DNA of 64,000 nucleotides, from the NCBI GenBank assembly GCA_964558935.1, contig CAZLFP010000001.1, forward strand, positions 147,260-211,259. Reading direction: 5' to 3'. This DNA is from an uncultured Gammaproteobacteria bacterium. GTDB taxonomy: Bacteria; Patescibacteriota; Patescibacteriia; 2-01-FULL-39-33. Of this stretch, positions 28,104-37,386 are shown in pieces. Under the pieces are notes generated by a model that had not been told where the DNA came from, did no database searches, and was given only the letters and a program-made list of their open reading frames with translations. How positions within the stretch are numbered: the first letter of the stretch is position 1; every line of letters begins with the position of its first letter. Both the position numbers and the translations under genes were made by a program.

Positions 28104-28606
28104 TAGTAGAAAATAAAGAAGTTAACCATATGCAATATTAATCCAATGACTATTATTACATAGTAATATATATGCTTGATTCTTACATATTTATATCGAC
28201 GTACGTAAATATTAAACATGTAAAAAGCATATAATATGGCTATGGGTACATACAAAATAATGGGAAAAGATATACCCGCAGCATAGTAGAACGGCATCTG
28301 AATAAAGTCTATAAATAATGCTATAAAGAAAGGTATAGCAATAATATTCCCAAATGTTTTTAAAGCAAAAACATAATTCTGTTTCTCAAATCCTTGAGCA
28401 AAATATTTAGCCAGTGTGTAGGCAACACTCAAAAAAAAGAAAGATAATAAAGGATAACCAAGTAAAATAAAAACGCCCATACCTTGTTGGGCATCAGAAG
28501 TTATTGAAGTTAAAAAAGCTGCAAACATAAGGACAATACCAAACAAAACCACATAGATACCAAATCTAAGTCCAGATAATTTGAATAACTTGTCTAATAA
28601 TTTCAC
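28103..28606 (-). CDS. small polytopic membrane protein, unknown function
   Basis: 4-5 hydrophobic helices; start/stop overlap with dus. Confidence 0.45.
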   Translation of the reverse strand: MKLLDKLFKLSGLRFGIYVVLFGIVLMFAAFLTSITSDAQQGMGVFILLGYPLLSFFFLSVAYTLAKYFAQGFEKQNYVFALKTFGNIIAIPFFIALFIDFIQMPFYYAAGISFPIILYVPIAILYAFYMFNIYVRRYKYVRIKHIYYYVIIVIGLILHMVNFFIFY

Positions 28607-28612
28607 AAAATT

Positions 28613-30004
28613 TTATTTACTTTTTAAATTATACCCTTCTTTAGTATCTTCAATTACATATCCTGCCTTATCTATCTCAGCTCTTAACTTATCTGACAGC
28701 TCATAGTCTTTATTTTGCTTAGCTTTTAATCTATCCTCTGCTAATTCAATTACCTCTTCAGGTATTTTTTCTTCCTGATCCAAATCTAAGCCAAATACTT
28801 TGTCCATATCTAAGATGGTAGCTTTAATATCTTCATGTTTAACATCTGACTTTAACAAATCCCACATCACAGCTAAAGCTTGAGGAATATTAAAATCATC
28901 TTCTAGAGCTGAAACAAACTTTTCTTTCCACTCTCGGTTAACCTTGCCTACTTTAGATATACTAGCTAATTTATTCTTTAAACTAGTGTAAGCACTACTA
29001 GCAGATTCAAGAGCTTCCCAAGTAAAGTTTTGTTTAGATCTGTAATGTGCTCCTAAGTAAAAATATCTTAAAACCAAAGGATCATAGCCTCTATCTCGAA
29101 TTTCTTCCAAAGAATAACCAGTTCCTAAAGATTTAGACATTTTGCCACCATCCACAGTTAGATGTTCGTTGTGTAGCCAATAGTTGGTAAAAGGTTTACC
29201 GGTAGCTGCTTCAGATTGAGCTATTTCATTCGTATGATGAACTGGAATATGCTCTACACCACCCATATGAATATCTAAGGTGTCTCCCAAATACTTTTGA
29301 CTCATTGCAGAACACTCTATATGCCAACCAGGAAATCCTTCTTCAACAGATTGCTTAATACCCTTAAACTGATGACTCCAGGTTTGTAGAGCATTCTTAT
29401 GTTTACCAGCTTTAAAAAACCAAACAGCAAAGTCAGCGGCATGTCTTTTACCTGGATCCCCTACTTCACCTTTACCAGCTGCAGATATATTCTTTTCCAA
29501 ATCCTGTTTGTTTAATTTAGTGTATCCGTCAAATTTAGAGATATCGAAATAGATGGCTAGATCTGTCGCGTAAGCATATCCCTTGTCTATTAAAGTCTGA
29601 ACCATGCTCTGCATCTCTTTAACATGTTCAGTCGCTTTTGGTTGTTTATATGGAGTAAGGACATTTAAATCTTTAACATCTTTCTCATAAATATTTATGT
29701 ACTTATGAGCAATCTCCTCAGGATTCATTTTTGCCTGCTTAGCACTCTTTTCCATCTTATCCTCACCCTCATCACTGTCTGATGTAAGATGGCCCACATC
29801 CGTATAATTTCGAACCAATTTAACTTCGTATCCTATATAGTCCAGGGATCTATGGATTAAATCCGCCAGCACCACTGCTCTTAAATTGCCGATGTGTTGT
29901 GTCCAATACACAGTCGGACCGCAATGATAAAAACCAACTTGTTTATCCTTAAGCGGTTTGAAGTCTTGTTTTTTCTTGTCTAATGTATTGTAAATCTTGA
30001 GCAT
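28613..30004 (-). CDS. cysS: cysteine--tRNA ligase
   Basis: HIGH-type CGPTVYWTQHIGN, KMSKSLG, and zinc-binding Cys/His residues. Confidence 0.95.
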   Translation of the reverse strand: MLKIYNTLDKKKQDFKPLKDKQVGFYHCGPTVYWTQHIGNLRAVVLADLIHRSLDYIGYEVKLVRNYTDVGHLTSDSDEGEDKMEKSAKQAKMNPEEIAHKYINIYEKDVKDLNVLTPYKQPKATEHVKEMQSMVQTLIDKGYAYATDLAIYFDISKFDGYTKLNKQDLEKNISAAGKGEVGDPGKRHAADFAVWFFKAGKHKNALQTWSHQFKGIKQSVEEGFPGWHIECSAMSQKYLGDTLDIHMGGVEHIPVHHTNEIAQSEAATGKPFTNYWLHNEHLTVDGGKMSKSLGTGYSLEEIRDRGYDPLVLRYFYLGAHYRSKQNFTWEALESASSAYTSLKNKLASISKVGKVNREWKEKFVSALEDDFNIPQALAVMWDLLKSDVKHEDIKATILDMDKVFGLDLDQEEKIPEEVIELAEDRLKAKQNKDYELSDKLRAEIDKAGYVIEDTKEGYNLKSK

Positions 30005-30045
30005 ATCTAAATTTTACAAGGAAAATCTGTTTTTTACAAGTTAAA

Positions 30046-30073
30046 AGCCGGAACTACCTCAGTAATTCCGGCT
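30046..30073 (-). terminator. intrinsic terminator downstream of the zinc-ribbon mini-genes
   Basis: gccggaa-N12-ttccggc, followed on the minus strand by TTTTAACTTGTAAAAAAC. Confidence 0.6.
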
Positions 30074-30078
30074 AAACA

Positions 30079-30249
30079 TCATGATTTGTCGAAAATCATG
30101 ACCTTACCCTGAAACAAACCCCAGCGCAGTCCACACTCTGGACAGAGATATGTCCGGCCTGAGCAAAGCTGTTTGGTCAGCAACCGGCCACAGTTGCACT
30201 CCAGCCAGCTTTCCACTTCCTCCCGTAAACAAACACTCTTACTCGGCAT
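30079..30249 (-). CDS. zinc-ribbon mini-protein 2 (56 aa), translationally coupled to mini-protein 1
   Basis: Its ATG overlaps the end of the upstream ORF (GATGCCGAGTAA). It has CNCG...(14 aa)...CPEC, a classic C-x-C/C-x2-C zinc ribbon. Not in the supplied ORF track because it is shorter than 60 aa. Confidence 0.35.
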   Translation of the reverse strand: MPSKSVCLREEVESWLECNCGRLLTKQLCSGRTYLCPECGLRWGLFQGKVMIFDKS

Positions 30250-30391
30250 CGACCAATTCTCCCTTGTCCTTTTTTTCAGTCTGGCCGAAATTCAGAAAAC
30301 AATGACGACAGTGATACTGGTGGCAAATGACTGAATCCGTGCTGACCAACTTATGGCACCTGGGGCATTCGACCGTGTCTTGCTTGGGCAT
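30239..30391 (-). CDS. zinc-ribbon mini-protein 1 (50 aa)
   Basis: SD AGGAGGG lies 8 nt before the ATG. MPKQDTVECPRCHKLVSTDSVICHQYHCRHCFLNF... carries CxxC plus C-x4-C-x2-C. The local GC content is much higher than in neighbouring sequence. Confidence 0.4.
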   Translation of the reverse strand: MPKQDTVECPRCHKLVSTDSVICHQYHCRHCFLNFGQTEKKDKGELVDAE

Positions 30392-30600
30392 CTTTTATCC
30401 CTCCTGTTAAGTTAGAGCTCAACCAAACAAAAACACCAACCTTTGAGTGAAAGGCTGGTTAGTAATTATCTGACTATGTAGCTAAGCACTAATAAGACTT
30501 TCACTCTGAGGAAGGAGTAATAAAGCTAGCAACAATAATCCTAAATTGTGAGTGAAAGTTGTCATATCTGATACCAGTGTAGCTAATTTTAGATTAATTG
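30392..30600 (-). promoter_or_regulatory. sigma70-like promoter (TTGACA-17-TACACT) and about 190-nt structured leader with three copies of CTTTCACTC/GAGTGAAAG giving mutually exclusive helices and a U-tract
   Basis: Minus-strand reading has ACTTTCACTC (A), GAGTGAAAGT (B, complementary to A and C) and CTTTCACTC (C) followed by UUGGUGUUUUUGUUUGG. Confidence 0.45.
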
Positions 30601-31199
30601 TCAAATTCGCCCGCCTTTCTATACTGTTGTAAATTAATGATTTTAAAAATATTGGTATAGATACAATCTTGTTTGGGAAAAGTTTTATCTGGTATGGGTA
30701 TATTCAGAAAAGGGCAGATTTTTTCCCAGCCTTCTCCTTTGGTGATATTCATAACCAAAAGATCATTTGGCCTATCTTTAAAATATTCCCGTACCTCTTT
30801 ATCGTGATTGTTATATGCCTGTCGATACTTTTCTTGGTTGTAATCTATACAACCGTAAATATCCTGATGCAACTGATTTAACCAATTGGCAGATTTAATA
30901 ATTTGACCCGGCCAAAAATGCCTTTTGCAAGAATCAAGCCATTTGTCCATATCTCTCTCCAAATAGATGAATTTAGCGTCCGGATATTCTCTGTCCAGCC
31001 TTTTGTAAAATCTAACCGTTGGAATATCCGCCAAAACATCATTGTGCTCAGCAGCCCATGACGAATACTTTAATTCAGGCTTCTCATATCTCATGATTCG
31101 AAACGGAAAATGATCTACTTTGTAACCCAGAATCTGGAGGGCTTTAGACAGACTGGTTGTACCAGTTTTGGACAGGCCTAAACAGAATATTTTAATCAT
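30594..31199 (-). CDS. sulfotransferase-family protein (PAPS-dependent, predicted)
   Basis: 5-prime-PSB-like motif SKTGTTS and 3-prime-PB-like RDMDKWLDS; about 200 aa. Confidence 0.55.
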   Translation of the reverse strand: MIKIFCLGLSKTGTTSLSKALQILGYKVDHFPFRIMRYEKPELKYSSWAAEHNDVLADIPTVRFYKRLDREYPDAKFIYLERDMDKWLDSCKRHFWPGQIIKSANWLNQLHQDIYGCIDYNQEKYRQAYNNHDKEVREYFKDRPNDLLVMNITKGEGWEKICPFLNIPIPDKTFPKQDCIYTNIFKIINLQQYRKAGEFDN

Positions 31200-32271
31200 A
31201 CGTATTGATTATTTGGTAAGACATAAAAGTATTAATGGAATTGTTCCATGAAAACCGTTCTGCTTTTTTACGACAATGACTGGTATCCAGCTTAAGGCAA
31301 TCCAAAGCCCCTTGTTTTAAATCTTCCGTCAAGAAACCATCTACTCCATGGGTAATTAAATCTTTAACCCCTTCAGCGTTGTGGGCAACCACCGGCAAAT
31401 CGCATGCCATGGCTTCAACCACCGCCAAACCGAAAGTATCTGTGCGGGAAGGAAACACAAAAACATCTGAAACAGACAAATGATCCACCACCTCCTGTCC
31501 TCTTTTGTAGCCAGTGAAGATCACGTTGTCTTTGGCATACTGCTTTTCAAATGCCTTCTTACTCGGTCCATCTCCCACAATGAGCTTAGAGCCAGGCAGA
31601 TCTAAATCTAGAAATTCTTTTAAATTTTTTTCTACAGCTATCCTGCCCAAATATGTAAAGATGGGCCTAGGCAAATTTTGAACTCTTGCCTCTACTTGGG
31701 GATTGGGATTCTTCTTAAACTTATCAATATCCACTCCTAAATACCAAGCTACCACATTCTTAAAATCGTACCTTTCCAGATGCTCTTTCATGGAATAACT
31801 GGTGGTTAAAACACGGTGTGCCAAGCTATGGAAACGTCTGTAAAAGCGGTACAAAAAGGAAACAGGTAGAAATTTTAATCGGTAGTTGATATACTCAGGC
31901 ATTTGGGTATGAAAACAGGTTGTATACTTCAAGTTCAAACGCTTACAGGTAATCCTGGCTGCCAAACCGATTGGTCCTTCAGTGGCAATATGGATGTAAT
32001 CCGGCCGTTCTGACTTCAAGGTGGCTGCCATGAAATGGGTTAAAAAAGGCTGTTGATGGAAACTATACCAACGACGCTTGCAAAAGATGGCTAAAGAAAT
32101 TTCCGGATATGACGGCAAGGGTATTGAATAAAATAAGCTGGGTTCAATTATTTTGACCTGAAAATTTCTGTGTTCCAAATGACTCTTTAACTGCTTCAAT
32201 ACCATCACCACCCCGTTAACCTGAGGCTCCCAGGAATCGGTAAATATGATGATTTTTTTTGCTTGTTCCAT
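31192..32271 (-). CDS. glycosyltransferase family 4
   Basis: FPSRTDTFGLAVVEAMACDLPVV GT4 motif. Confidence 0.75.
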   Translation of the reverse strand: MEQAKKIIIFTDSWEPQVNGVVMVLKQLKSHLEHRNFQVKIIEPSLFYSIPLPSYPEISLAIFCKRRWYSFHQQPFLTHFMAATLKSERPDYIHIATEGPIGLAARITCKRLNLKYTTCFHTQMPEYINYRLKFLPVSFLYRFYRRFHSLAHRVLTTSYSMKEHLERYDFKNVVAWYLGVDIDKFKKNPNPQVEARVQNLPRPIFTYLGRIAVEKNLKEFLDLDLPGSKLIVGDGPSKKAFEKQYAKDNVIFTGYKRGQEVVDHLSVSDVFVFPSRTDTFGLAVVEAMACDLPVVAHNAEGVKDLITHGVDGFLTEDLKQGALDCLKLDTSHCRKKAERFSWNNSINTFMSYQIINTYD

Positions 32272-32272
32272 A

Positions 32273-33550
32273 TTAAGCTACAAGTAGTTCTTTAGCTTTA
32301 AGTGGATTAGCCATGACTTCTTTAACAATCTTCTCCATGTGCATACCCCTGGAACCCTTAATCAGGATGAAATCCCCTTTCTCGATTCTCTCTTGCAAAA
32401 ATCTTCCCGCACGGTCTGTATCTGAAAAAGTAAACACATTATCTGAATCCATACCCCTTCTTTCAGCCTCAGCAGCTATCATACGAGCTCTCTCTCCCAC
32501 TGTAATTAAAATCTCCACTTGAGAATCAAAAACCTGCTGACCAACCTGTCTGTGTCCCTCTGCTGTCTGATCTGCCAGTTCCAACATGTCAGCCAAGACA
32601 GCTATTTTTCTACCCGGCATTTTACCTAACAATTTAACAGCCGCTGTTGTGGAAGCCGGAGCGGCATTATACGTGTCGTCTATGATATAGCTTTGTTTAA
32701 TGCCATCAAGTAAATGCATTCTGCCCGGCAGAGCTTGAAACAGTCTTAAGGCTTGAGATATTTCCAACAGATTCATATCATATATGATACCGGCAGCTGC
32801 ACCGGCTAAGGTCGCATACACCAGATGTTCTCCTAAAATATTGGTTAAAAACACCGGTACAGTACTACCCTGATAAACCAATTTAAAGCTTAAGCCGGTG
32901 ATTTTATCACCACTAACCCCATGATCCAAAGTTGACAAATTGATTTCAGAAGCTCTAATCTGGGCAACTTCATTGTCTATACCGTAAGTCAGTACTCTGC
33001 CCTTGGCCACACTTTTCATATTTAACGTATATGCATTGTCCGCGTTAATAATTGCCCAGCCATTGGAATCTATATGGGAAATAATCTTTGACTTTTCTTT
33101 GGCAATCTTATCTAAAGTCTTGAAGTATTCTAGATGAACAGGACCAATGTTGGTAACCACTCCAACCTTACACGGAGCCAATTCAACCAAATAGCTCATA
33201 TCCCCAATTCTGTCGACAGCCATCTCCAAAACCAAGATTTCCGGATAACTCTTGTCTTTCCACAATAACAAAACAAGAGCTTTAACAAAAGCTCCGCACC
33301 AACCCCAAACAGAACTACCACCGGAAGAAGCCCCAATAATGGTTAATGGCAGACCAATTTCATTGTTGTAATTCTTAATATTGCGCCGAACATTGTATTT
33401 ATGGCTCAAAACCGTATAAATAGCCTCTTTGGTTGAAGTTTTACCCACACTGCCAGTCACGCCAATCACTTCTGGTTGGTATTTGATTAAAATCCGTTTA
33501 GCTAAAAATTTAAGCAGTTGCTGAACAACTTTTTTACATACTTTTTTCAT
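32273..33550 (-). CDS. murF: UDP-N-acetylmuramoyl-tripeptide--D-alanyl-D-alanine ligase (MurF)
   Basis: Mur ligase P-loop GVTGSVGKTSTK and Mur ligase middle and C-terminal domains; position after ftsI is conserved in dcw clusters. Confidence 0.85.
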   Translation of the reverse strand: MKKVCKKVVQQLLKFLAKRILIKYQPEVIGVTGSVGKTSTKEAIYTVLSHKYNVRRNIKNYNNEIGLPLTIIGASSGGSSVWGWCGAFVKALVLLLWKDKSYPEILVLEMAVDRIGDMSYLVELAPCKVGVVTNIGPVHLEYFKTLDKIAKEKSKIISHIDSNGWAIINADNAYTLNMKSVAKGRVLTYGIDNEVAQIRASEINLSTLDHGVSGDKITGLSFKLVYQGSTVPVFLTNILGEHLVYATLAGAAAGIIYDMNLLEISQALRLFQALPGRMHLLDGIKQSYIIDDTYNAAPASTTAAVKLLGKMPGRKIAVLADMLELADQTAEGHRQVGQQVFDSQVEILITVGERARMIAAEAERRGMDSDNVFTFSDTDRAGRFLQERIEKGDFILIKGSRGMHMEKIVKEVMANPLKAKELLVA

Positions 33551-33589
33551 AATACGCTTATTTTAAGCTATTTGAACTAAAAGATCAAG

Positions 33590-35482
33590 TTACTGAGCAT
33601 CATATGGTACATTGTAGTATTGCAAGATAAACTCAGCTACATCTTGAAAAATGGGAGCTGCCACCGCTGCTCCTGTATGACCCCATTGCGGTTTATCTAC
33701 CCTGACAATCATGGCAAATCGCGGATCAGAGAAGGGTGCAAAACCGACAAATGAAGTGATGACTTCTCCACTGTAACCGCGTCCAATGGTACTGGCCACT
33801 TGAGCAGTACCTGTTTTACCACCCACTCGGTAGCCTTTGACAGCCGCAGCTTTACCATGTCCGTTTTCCACCACTGACACTAGCATACCCATTAACATGG
33901 TGGCGGCTTTGGGTGAAATAACCTGACGCATCAATTCCGGCTGGGTGGTTTCTACCTCGTCCTGACTGTGAATAATCTGAGATACGATATGTGGACGCAT
34001 TAATTTACCATCATTGGCAACTGCTGCAATGGCATTGACAATCTGAAGCGGTGTCACCGTAATACCCTGACCAAAAGAAGCGGTGGCAGCGTATATTTCA
34101 CTGGACTGATTCATTAAATTATAGATATTGCCTCCGGATTCCTGCCCAATTTCAATACCAGTCGGTTCGCCAAAACCAAAATTCTGCAAATATTGACTAA
34201 AAACATCCGGTCCAATCTGACGCATGGCATAAATGACACCCGTATTGATAGACTTTTCCAAGACATTAGTCATAGTCTGCTGGCCGTATGATTTGTATTC
34301 AAAATTCGTGATCCGATCCGGACCAATAATAATCTCACCTGTATCCAAATAGGTGGTGTAAGGATCAACAGCACCGGCATCCAAAGCGGCTGCCATGGTA
34401 ATGGGTTTAAAAATTGAGCCTGGCTCATATGCACCAAAGGTGGCCGGATTGTTATACACCTCTATCTCATCCACATCAGCGTAATTATCCGGATCATAAT
34501 CCGGTGCTCCACACATGGCCAAAACAGCACCGGTTTTAGGATTAAGCACAATGATCGTGCCACCCTGAGCTTTAGACTTTTCCACCCCGGCATACAAAGC
34601 TTGGCAAGCTTTGTACTGAATAGCTCGGTCAATGGTTAAAACCAGATCAGCACCATCTTGTTTTTCTGTTAGACGATGACTGCCAATGGCAATAATATTT
34701 CCCCAAGCATCTCTTTCCGAATGTATTTCACCGTACTGACCGGTTAATAACTCGTCGTAATAGCCTTCAAGGCCATAACGGCCCACTCTCTCACCCTGTT
34801 CATTAAAGCCCCAAAAACCAAACAAATGACCGCCGATGCCTTGCTCGGGGTAAAGTCTCCAGGTTTCTTTGCGAAACGCTAAACCGTCTACCTCCAAAGC
34901 CTCTACCGCTAAGGATTGTTCTTCAGTCAGCTTATGGTACAGAGGTTCATACGGATCGTTTTCTTTGGCCAAGATGGTCGTTATTCTGGTTATCTCCAAT
35001 TCCCGCTGTTCTTCCAACCATTTTTGTTTGCGAGCTGCCTTAATTTCAGCCGCCATGTCTGGCTCTAAATCCGGTGAGATGTCTGCATACAATTCTTCTT
35101 CAATGTCTTCAAATTTAATGTGTGAAGGTAATCCAAAGATGTCAAAAAGCTGTTGTGCGACCTCTTCCGGATTGTGTATTTTATACGGTACGGCATACAA
35201 CATATCCAATTCTTGGTTATCCACGAGCGGATACAAATTATGGTTAACACCGTCTGATTCCATCACATAGATGGAACCTCGCTCCGGAATCAGCTTCTGG
35301 TACAACTCATGCTGTCCAACAGCCAAGGCAGCGTAAAAACCGCCTTTCAAAATCTGCAAATCAAACAAGCGCAGGATTAAAACACCGGCAAACAAAATAA
35401 AAAAAACAGCCAGAACTTTTAACCGAAGTAAATCATTGGTTCTAGCTTTGGCCTGTTTGAGCTTGTGTTCTCGCCAACTCAT
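33590..35482 (-). CDS. ftsI: penicillin-binding protein (FtsI/PBP2-type D,D-transpeptidase)
   Basis: N-terminal TM anchor, dimerisation domain, and SxxK (SIFK), SxN and KTGT transpeptidase motifs. Confidence 0.9.
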   Translation of the reverse strand: MSWREHKLKQAKARTNDLLRLKVLAVFFILFAGVLILRLFDLQILKGGFYAALAVGQHELYQKLIPERGSIYVMESDGVNHNLYPLVDNQELDMLYAVPYKIHNPEEVAQQLFDIFGLPSHIKFEDIEEELYADISPDLEPDMAAEIKAARKQKWLEEQRELEITRITTILAKENDPYEPLYHKLTEEQSLAVEALEVDGLAFRKETWRLYPEQGIGGHLFGFWGFNEQGERVGRYGLEGYYDELLTGQYGEIHSERDAWGNIIAIGSHRLTEKQDGADLVLTIDRAIQYKACQALYAGVEKSKAQGGTIIVLNPKTGAVLAMCGAPDYDPDNYADVDEIEVYNNPATFGAYEPGSIFKPITMAAALDAGAVDPYTTYLDTGEIIIGPDRITNFEYKSYGQQTMTNVLEKSINTGVIYAMRQIGPDVFSQYLQNFGFGEPTGIEIGQESGGNIYNLMNQSSEIYAATASFGQGITVTPLQIVNAIAAVANDGKLMRPHIVSQIIHSQDEVETTQPELMRQVISPKAATMLMGMLVSVVENGHGKAAAVKGYRVGGKTGTAQVASTIGRGYSGEVITSFVGFAPFSDPRFAMIVRVDKPQWGHTGAAVAAPIFQDVAEFILQYYNVPYDAQ

Positions 35483-35495
35483 TGTTAATTACAGA

Positions 35496-35867
35496 TTATC
35501 GCAAGGCTACTGAAGAGCCGAGCGGGGTAATGACTGAAACATCATTGCTGGCTACTAAGTTTAAATTTTCTGCCTCTTCAATCACCTTTGCCATTGATTG
35601 TAATTCTATATAATCTAACTGCAAGTGTCTATTTTGTTCTTTTAAGACCGCTAACTGTTCATCTAGCGTTTTAATGGCATAACCTTGAGTGGCGACTTGG
35701 TTGGTTTGAGTTAAGTAGATAAAACCAACAAAACAAGTGACTGCCACCATCACCATAGCCATCTTATTTGGATTAAACAAGCTTTTCAGCCAAGCAATGG
35801 TCTGACTTCTACGATTAAGTTCTGGAAAATGATGATTATGCTGTTCTTTTTGCCAAAATTTACCCAT
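35496..35867 (-). CDS. ftsL: cell division protein FtsL/DivIC-like (single TM plus coiled coil)
   Basis: Small bitopic protein with a leucine-zipper-like segment, located between rsmH and ftsI. Confidence 0.55.
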   Translation of the reverse strand: MGKFWQKEQHNHHFPELNRRSQTIAWLKSLFNPNKMAMVMVAVTCFVGFIYLTQTNQVATQGYAIKTLDEQLAVLKEQNRHLQLDYIELQSMAKVIEEAENLNLVASNDVSVITPLGSSVALR

Positions 35868-35878
35868 AATATTGAAGC

Positions 35879-36763
35879 TTATATTTTTTGAACTACTCTT
35901 AATTTTGCACTGCGACTTCTGGGATTGCTTTTAATTTCCACCGGACCAGCAGTGACAGGTTTTTTTGTAATAATCTCGATTCGTGGCTGACTGGCAGCTG
36001 ATTCTTGTTTAAAAAAATGCTTAACCAATCTATCTTCTCCGGAATGAAAACTAATGACTGCCAACCGGCCACCTGACTCTAAGACTTCAAGAGCTTGAGG
36101 CAATACCAGTGAAAGGTTTTTCAATTCAGCATTAACATGCATTCTTAAGGCTTGAAAAACTCTGGTAGCCGGATGATGTTTGGAAGGAGTCTTAAACCGT
36201 AATCGGTAAAGTTCTGAAACCAGCTGGACAAGCATGGCAGCTGTTTCAATGGTTTTACCCTGTTGGCGATTCGCGATGATTTTCTTGGCGATCGGCCTGG
36301 CTAACGGTTCGTCCCCATTTTTCAATATCTCTACTAGTTGTTGTTGAGTGTACGTATTGATAACCTCGTGAGCGGTTGGTTGGTCTGATGCGGGATTAAA
36401 TCTCAAGTCCAAAAACTCCTGATCCTGGTAACTAAATCCCCGATTCTGTATAAGTTGATCTGATGATAAACCAAGGTCGAGTAATACAGCATGAATTGGA
36501 CTAAATCTGGCATCATGGACTATTTTATTTAAATGCTTGTAATTGTCGTTTACGAGAATTAATCGAGAACTTTTCAGGGTATTTGCTTGAACTGCTTGTG
36601 GATCCCATTCAATGGCCAGTACTTTACCTCGGGGCTTGATTAACTCCAACAGTCTTCCACTGTGTCCTCCGGCTCCAAAAGTACAATCCACGATATTCTG
36701 ATTCGGTTGTGGCTTCAGATAATCTATTACCTCCTGGACTAAAACTGGTTGGTGCACACTCAT
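35879..36763 (-). CDS. rsmH: 16S rRNA (cytosine1402-N4)-methyltransferase RsmH (MraW)
   Basis: VDCTFGAGGHS SAM-binding motif and conserved position after mraZ. Confidence 0.9.
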   Translation of the reverse strand: MSVHQPVLVQEVIDYLKPQPNQNIVDCTFGAGGHSGRLLELIKPRGKVLAIEWDPQAVQANTLKSSRLILVNDNYKHLNKIVHDARFSPIHAVLLDLGLSSDQLIQNRGFSYQDQEFLDLRFNPASDQPTAHEVINTYTQQQLVEILKNGDEPLARPIAKKIIANRQQGKTIETAAMLVQLVSELYRLRFKTPSKHHPATRVFQALRMHVNAELKNLSLVLPQALEVLESGGRLAVISFHSGEDRLVKHFFKQESAASQPRIEIITKKPVTAGPVEIKSNPRSRSAKLRVVQKI

Positions 36764-36764
36764 A

Positions 36765-37193
36765 TTAGACTCCTAGATCATCCAAAGCTTCAGCTATTTC
36801 ACCGGAATTCTTCTCTGTTTCTGCCCGATATTTATCCCATTTGGTCTCATCCCAAATTTCTAAACGATTGTATAATCCGGTAATCACAGTTTTCTTTTTC
36901 AAGCCGGCATATTGCCTTAAGTAATCCGGTAGAATGATTCTTCCCTGTTTGTCTACCGAGACGTCCATGGCACCGGCCAGCATTAACCTGGAAAAAGCTC
37001 TGGTATTGGATTTGCTGAAAGGTAAGGCAGCCAATTTCTCTGCTAGTTTGTCCCATTCCTTCTTGGGGTATAAAAAAAGACAGTCATCCAGTCCTCTGGT
37101 TACAACTGCTTTTTTAAGTTCGCCACGAAACTTGGCTGGAACTGCCAAGCGACCCTTGCTGTCAATGTTGTGTGAATACTGGCCGACGAACAT
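36765..37193 (-). CDS. mraZ: transcriptional regulator MraZ
   Basis: Tandem SpoVT/AbrB-like halves with DxxxR motifs (NIDSKGRLAVP, VDKQGRIILP). Confidence 0.9.
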   Translation of the reverse strand: MFVGQYSHNIDSKGRLAVPAKFRGELKKAVVTRGLDDCLFLYPKKEWDKLAEKLAALPFSKSNTRAFSRLMLAGAMDVSVDKQGRIILPDYLRQYAGLKKKTVITGLYNRLEIWDETKWDKYRAETEKNSGEIAEALDDLGV

Positions 37194-37228
37194 GTCATCT
37201 GAATTAAGTTAGTAATAAATCTGAGTTA

Positions 37229-37248
37229 TCCCCACTTCTCCCCACATT
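37229..37248 (-). promoter_or_regulatory. putative MraZ operator: two direct GTGGG repeats, 10-bp spacing, in the mraZ leader
   Basis: Minus-strand GTGGGGAGAAGTGGGGATAA, matching the known MraZ-box architecture of GTGGG repeats with 5-nt spacers. Confidence 0.5.
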
Positions 37249-37264
37249 TCACCTTACATTAGTC

Positions 37265-37293
37265 ATTATACACCACTTTTAAGCACAGGTCAA
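37265..37293 (-). promoter_or_regulatory. sigma70 promoter of mraZ (TTGACC-17-TATAAT with extended -10 TG)
   Basis: Minus-strand TTGACCtgtgcttaaaagtggTGTATAAT about 70 nt upstream of the mraZ ATG. Confidence 0.65.
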
Positions 37294-37386
37294 CACTTTA
37301 TTAACCGAGTCAAACACAAAAAAAATGGCTCATTTAAGCCATAATAATCTTTACCAACTTAATACGGTGGATAACTTATGTGTTCA

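Noticed and set aside
30079-30391. Possibility that the two zinc-ribbon ORFs are one frameshifted gene (pseudogene or programmed frameshift)
   Set aside because: The second frame has its own in-frame ATG with an AAGGGAG SD 9 nt upstream, overlapping the first stop (GATGCCGAGTAA). This is a standard coupled-gene arrangement. A frameshift cannot be excluded without reads.
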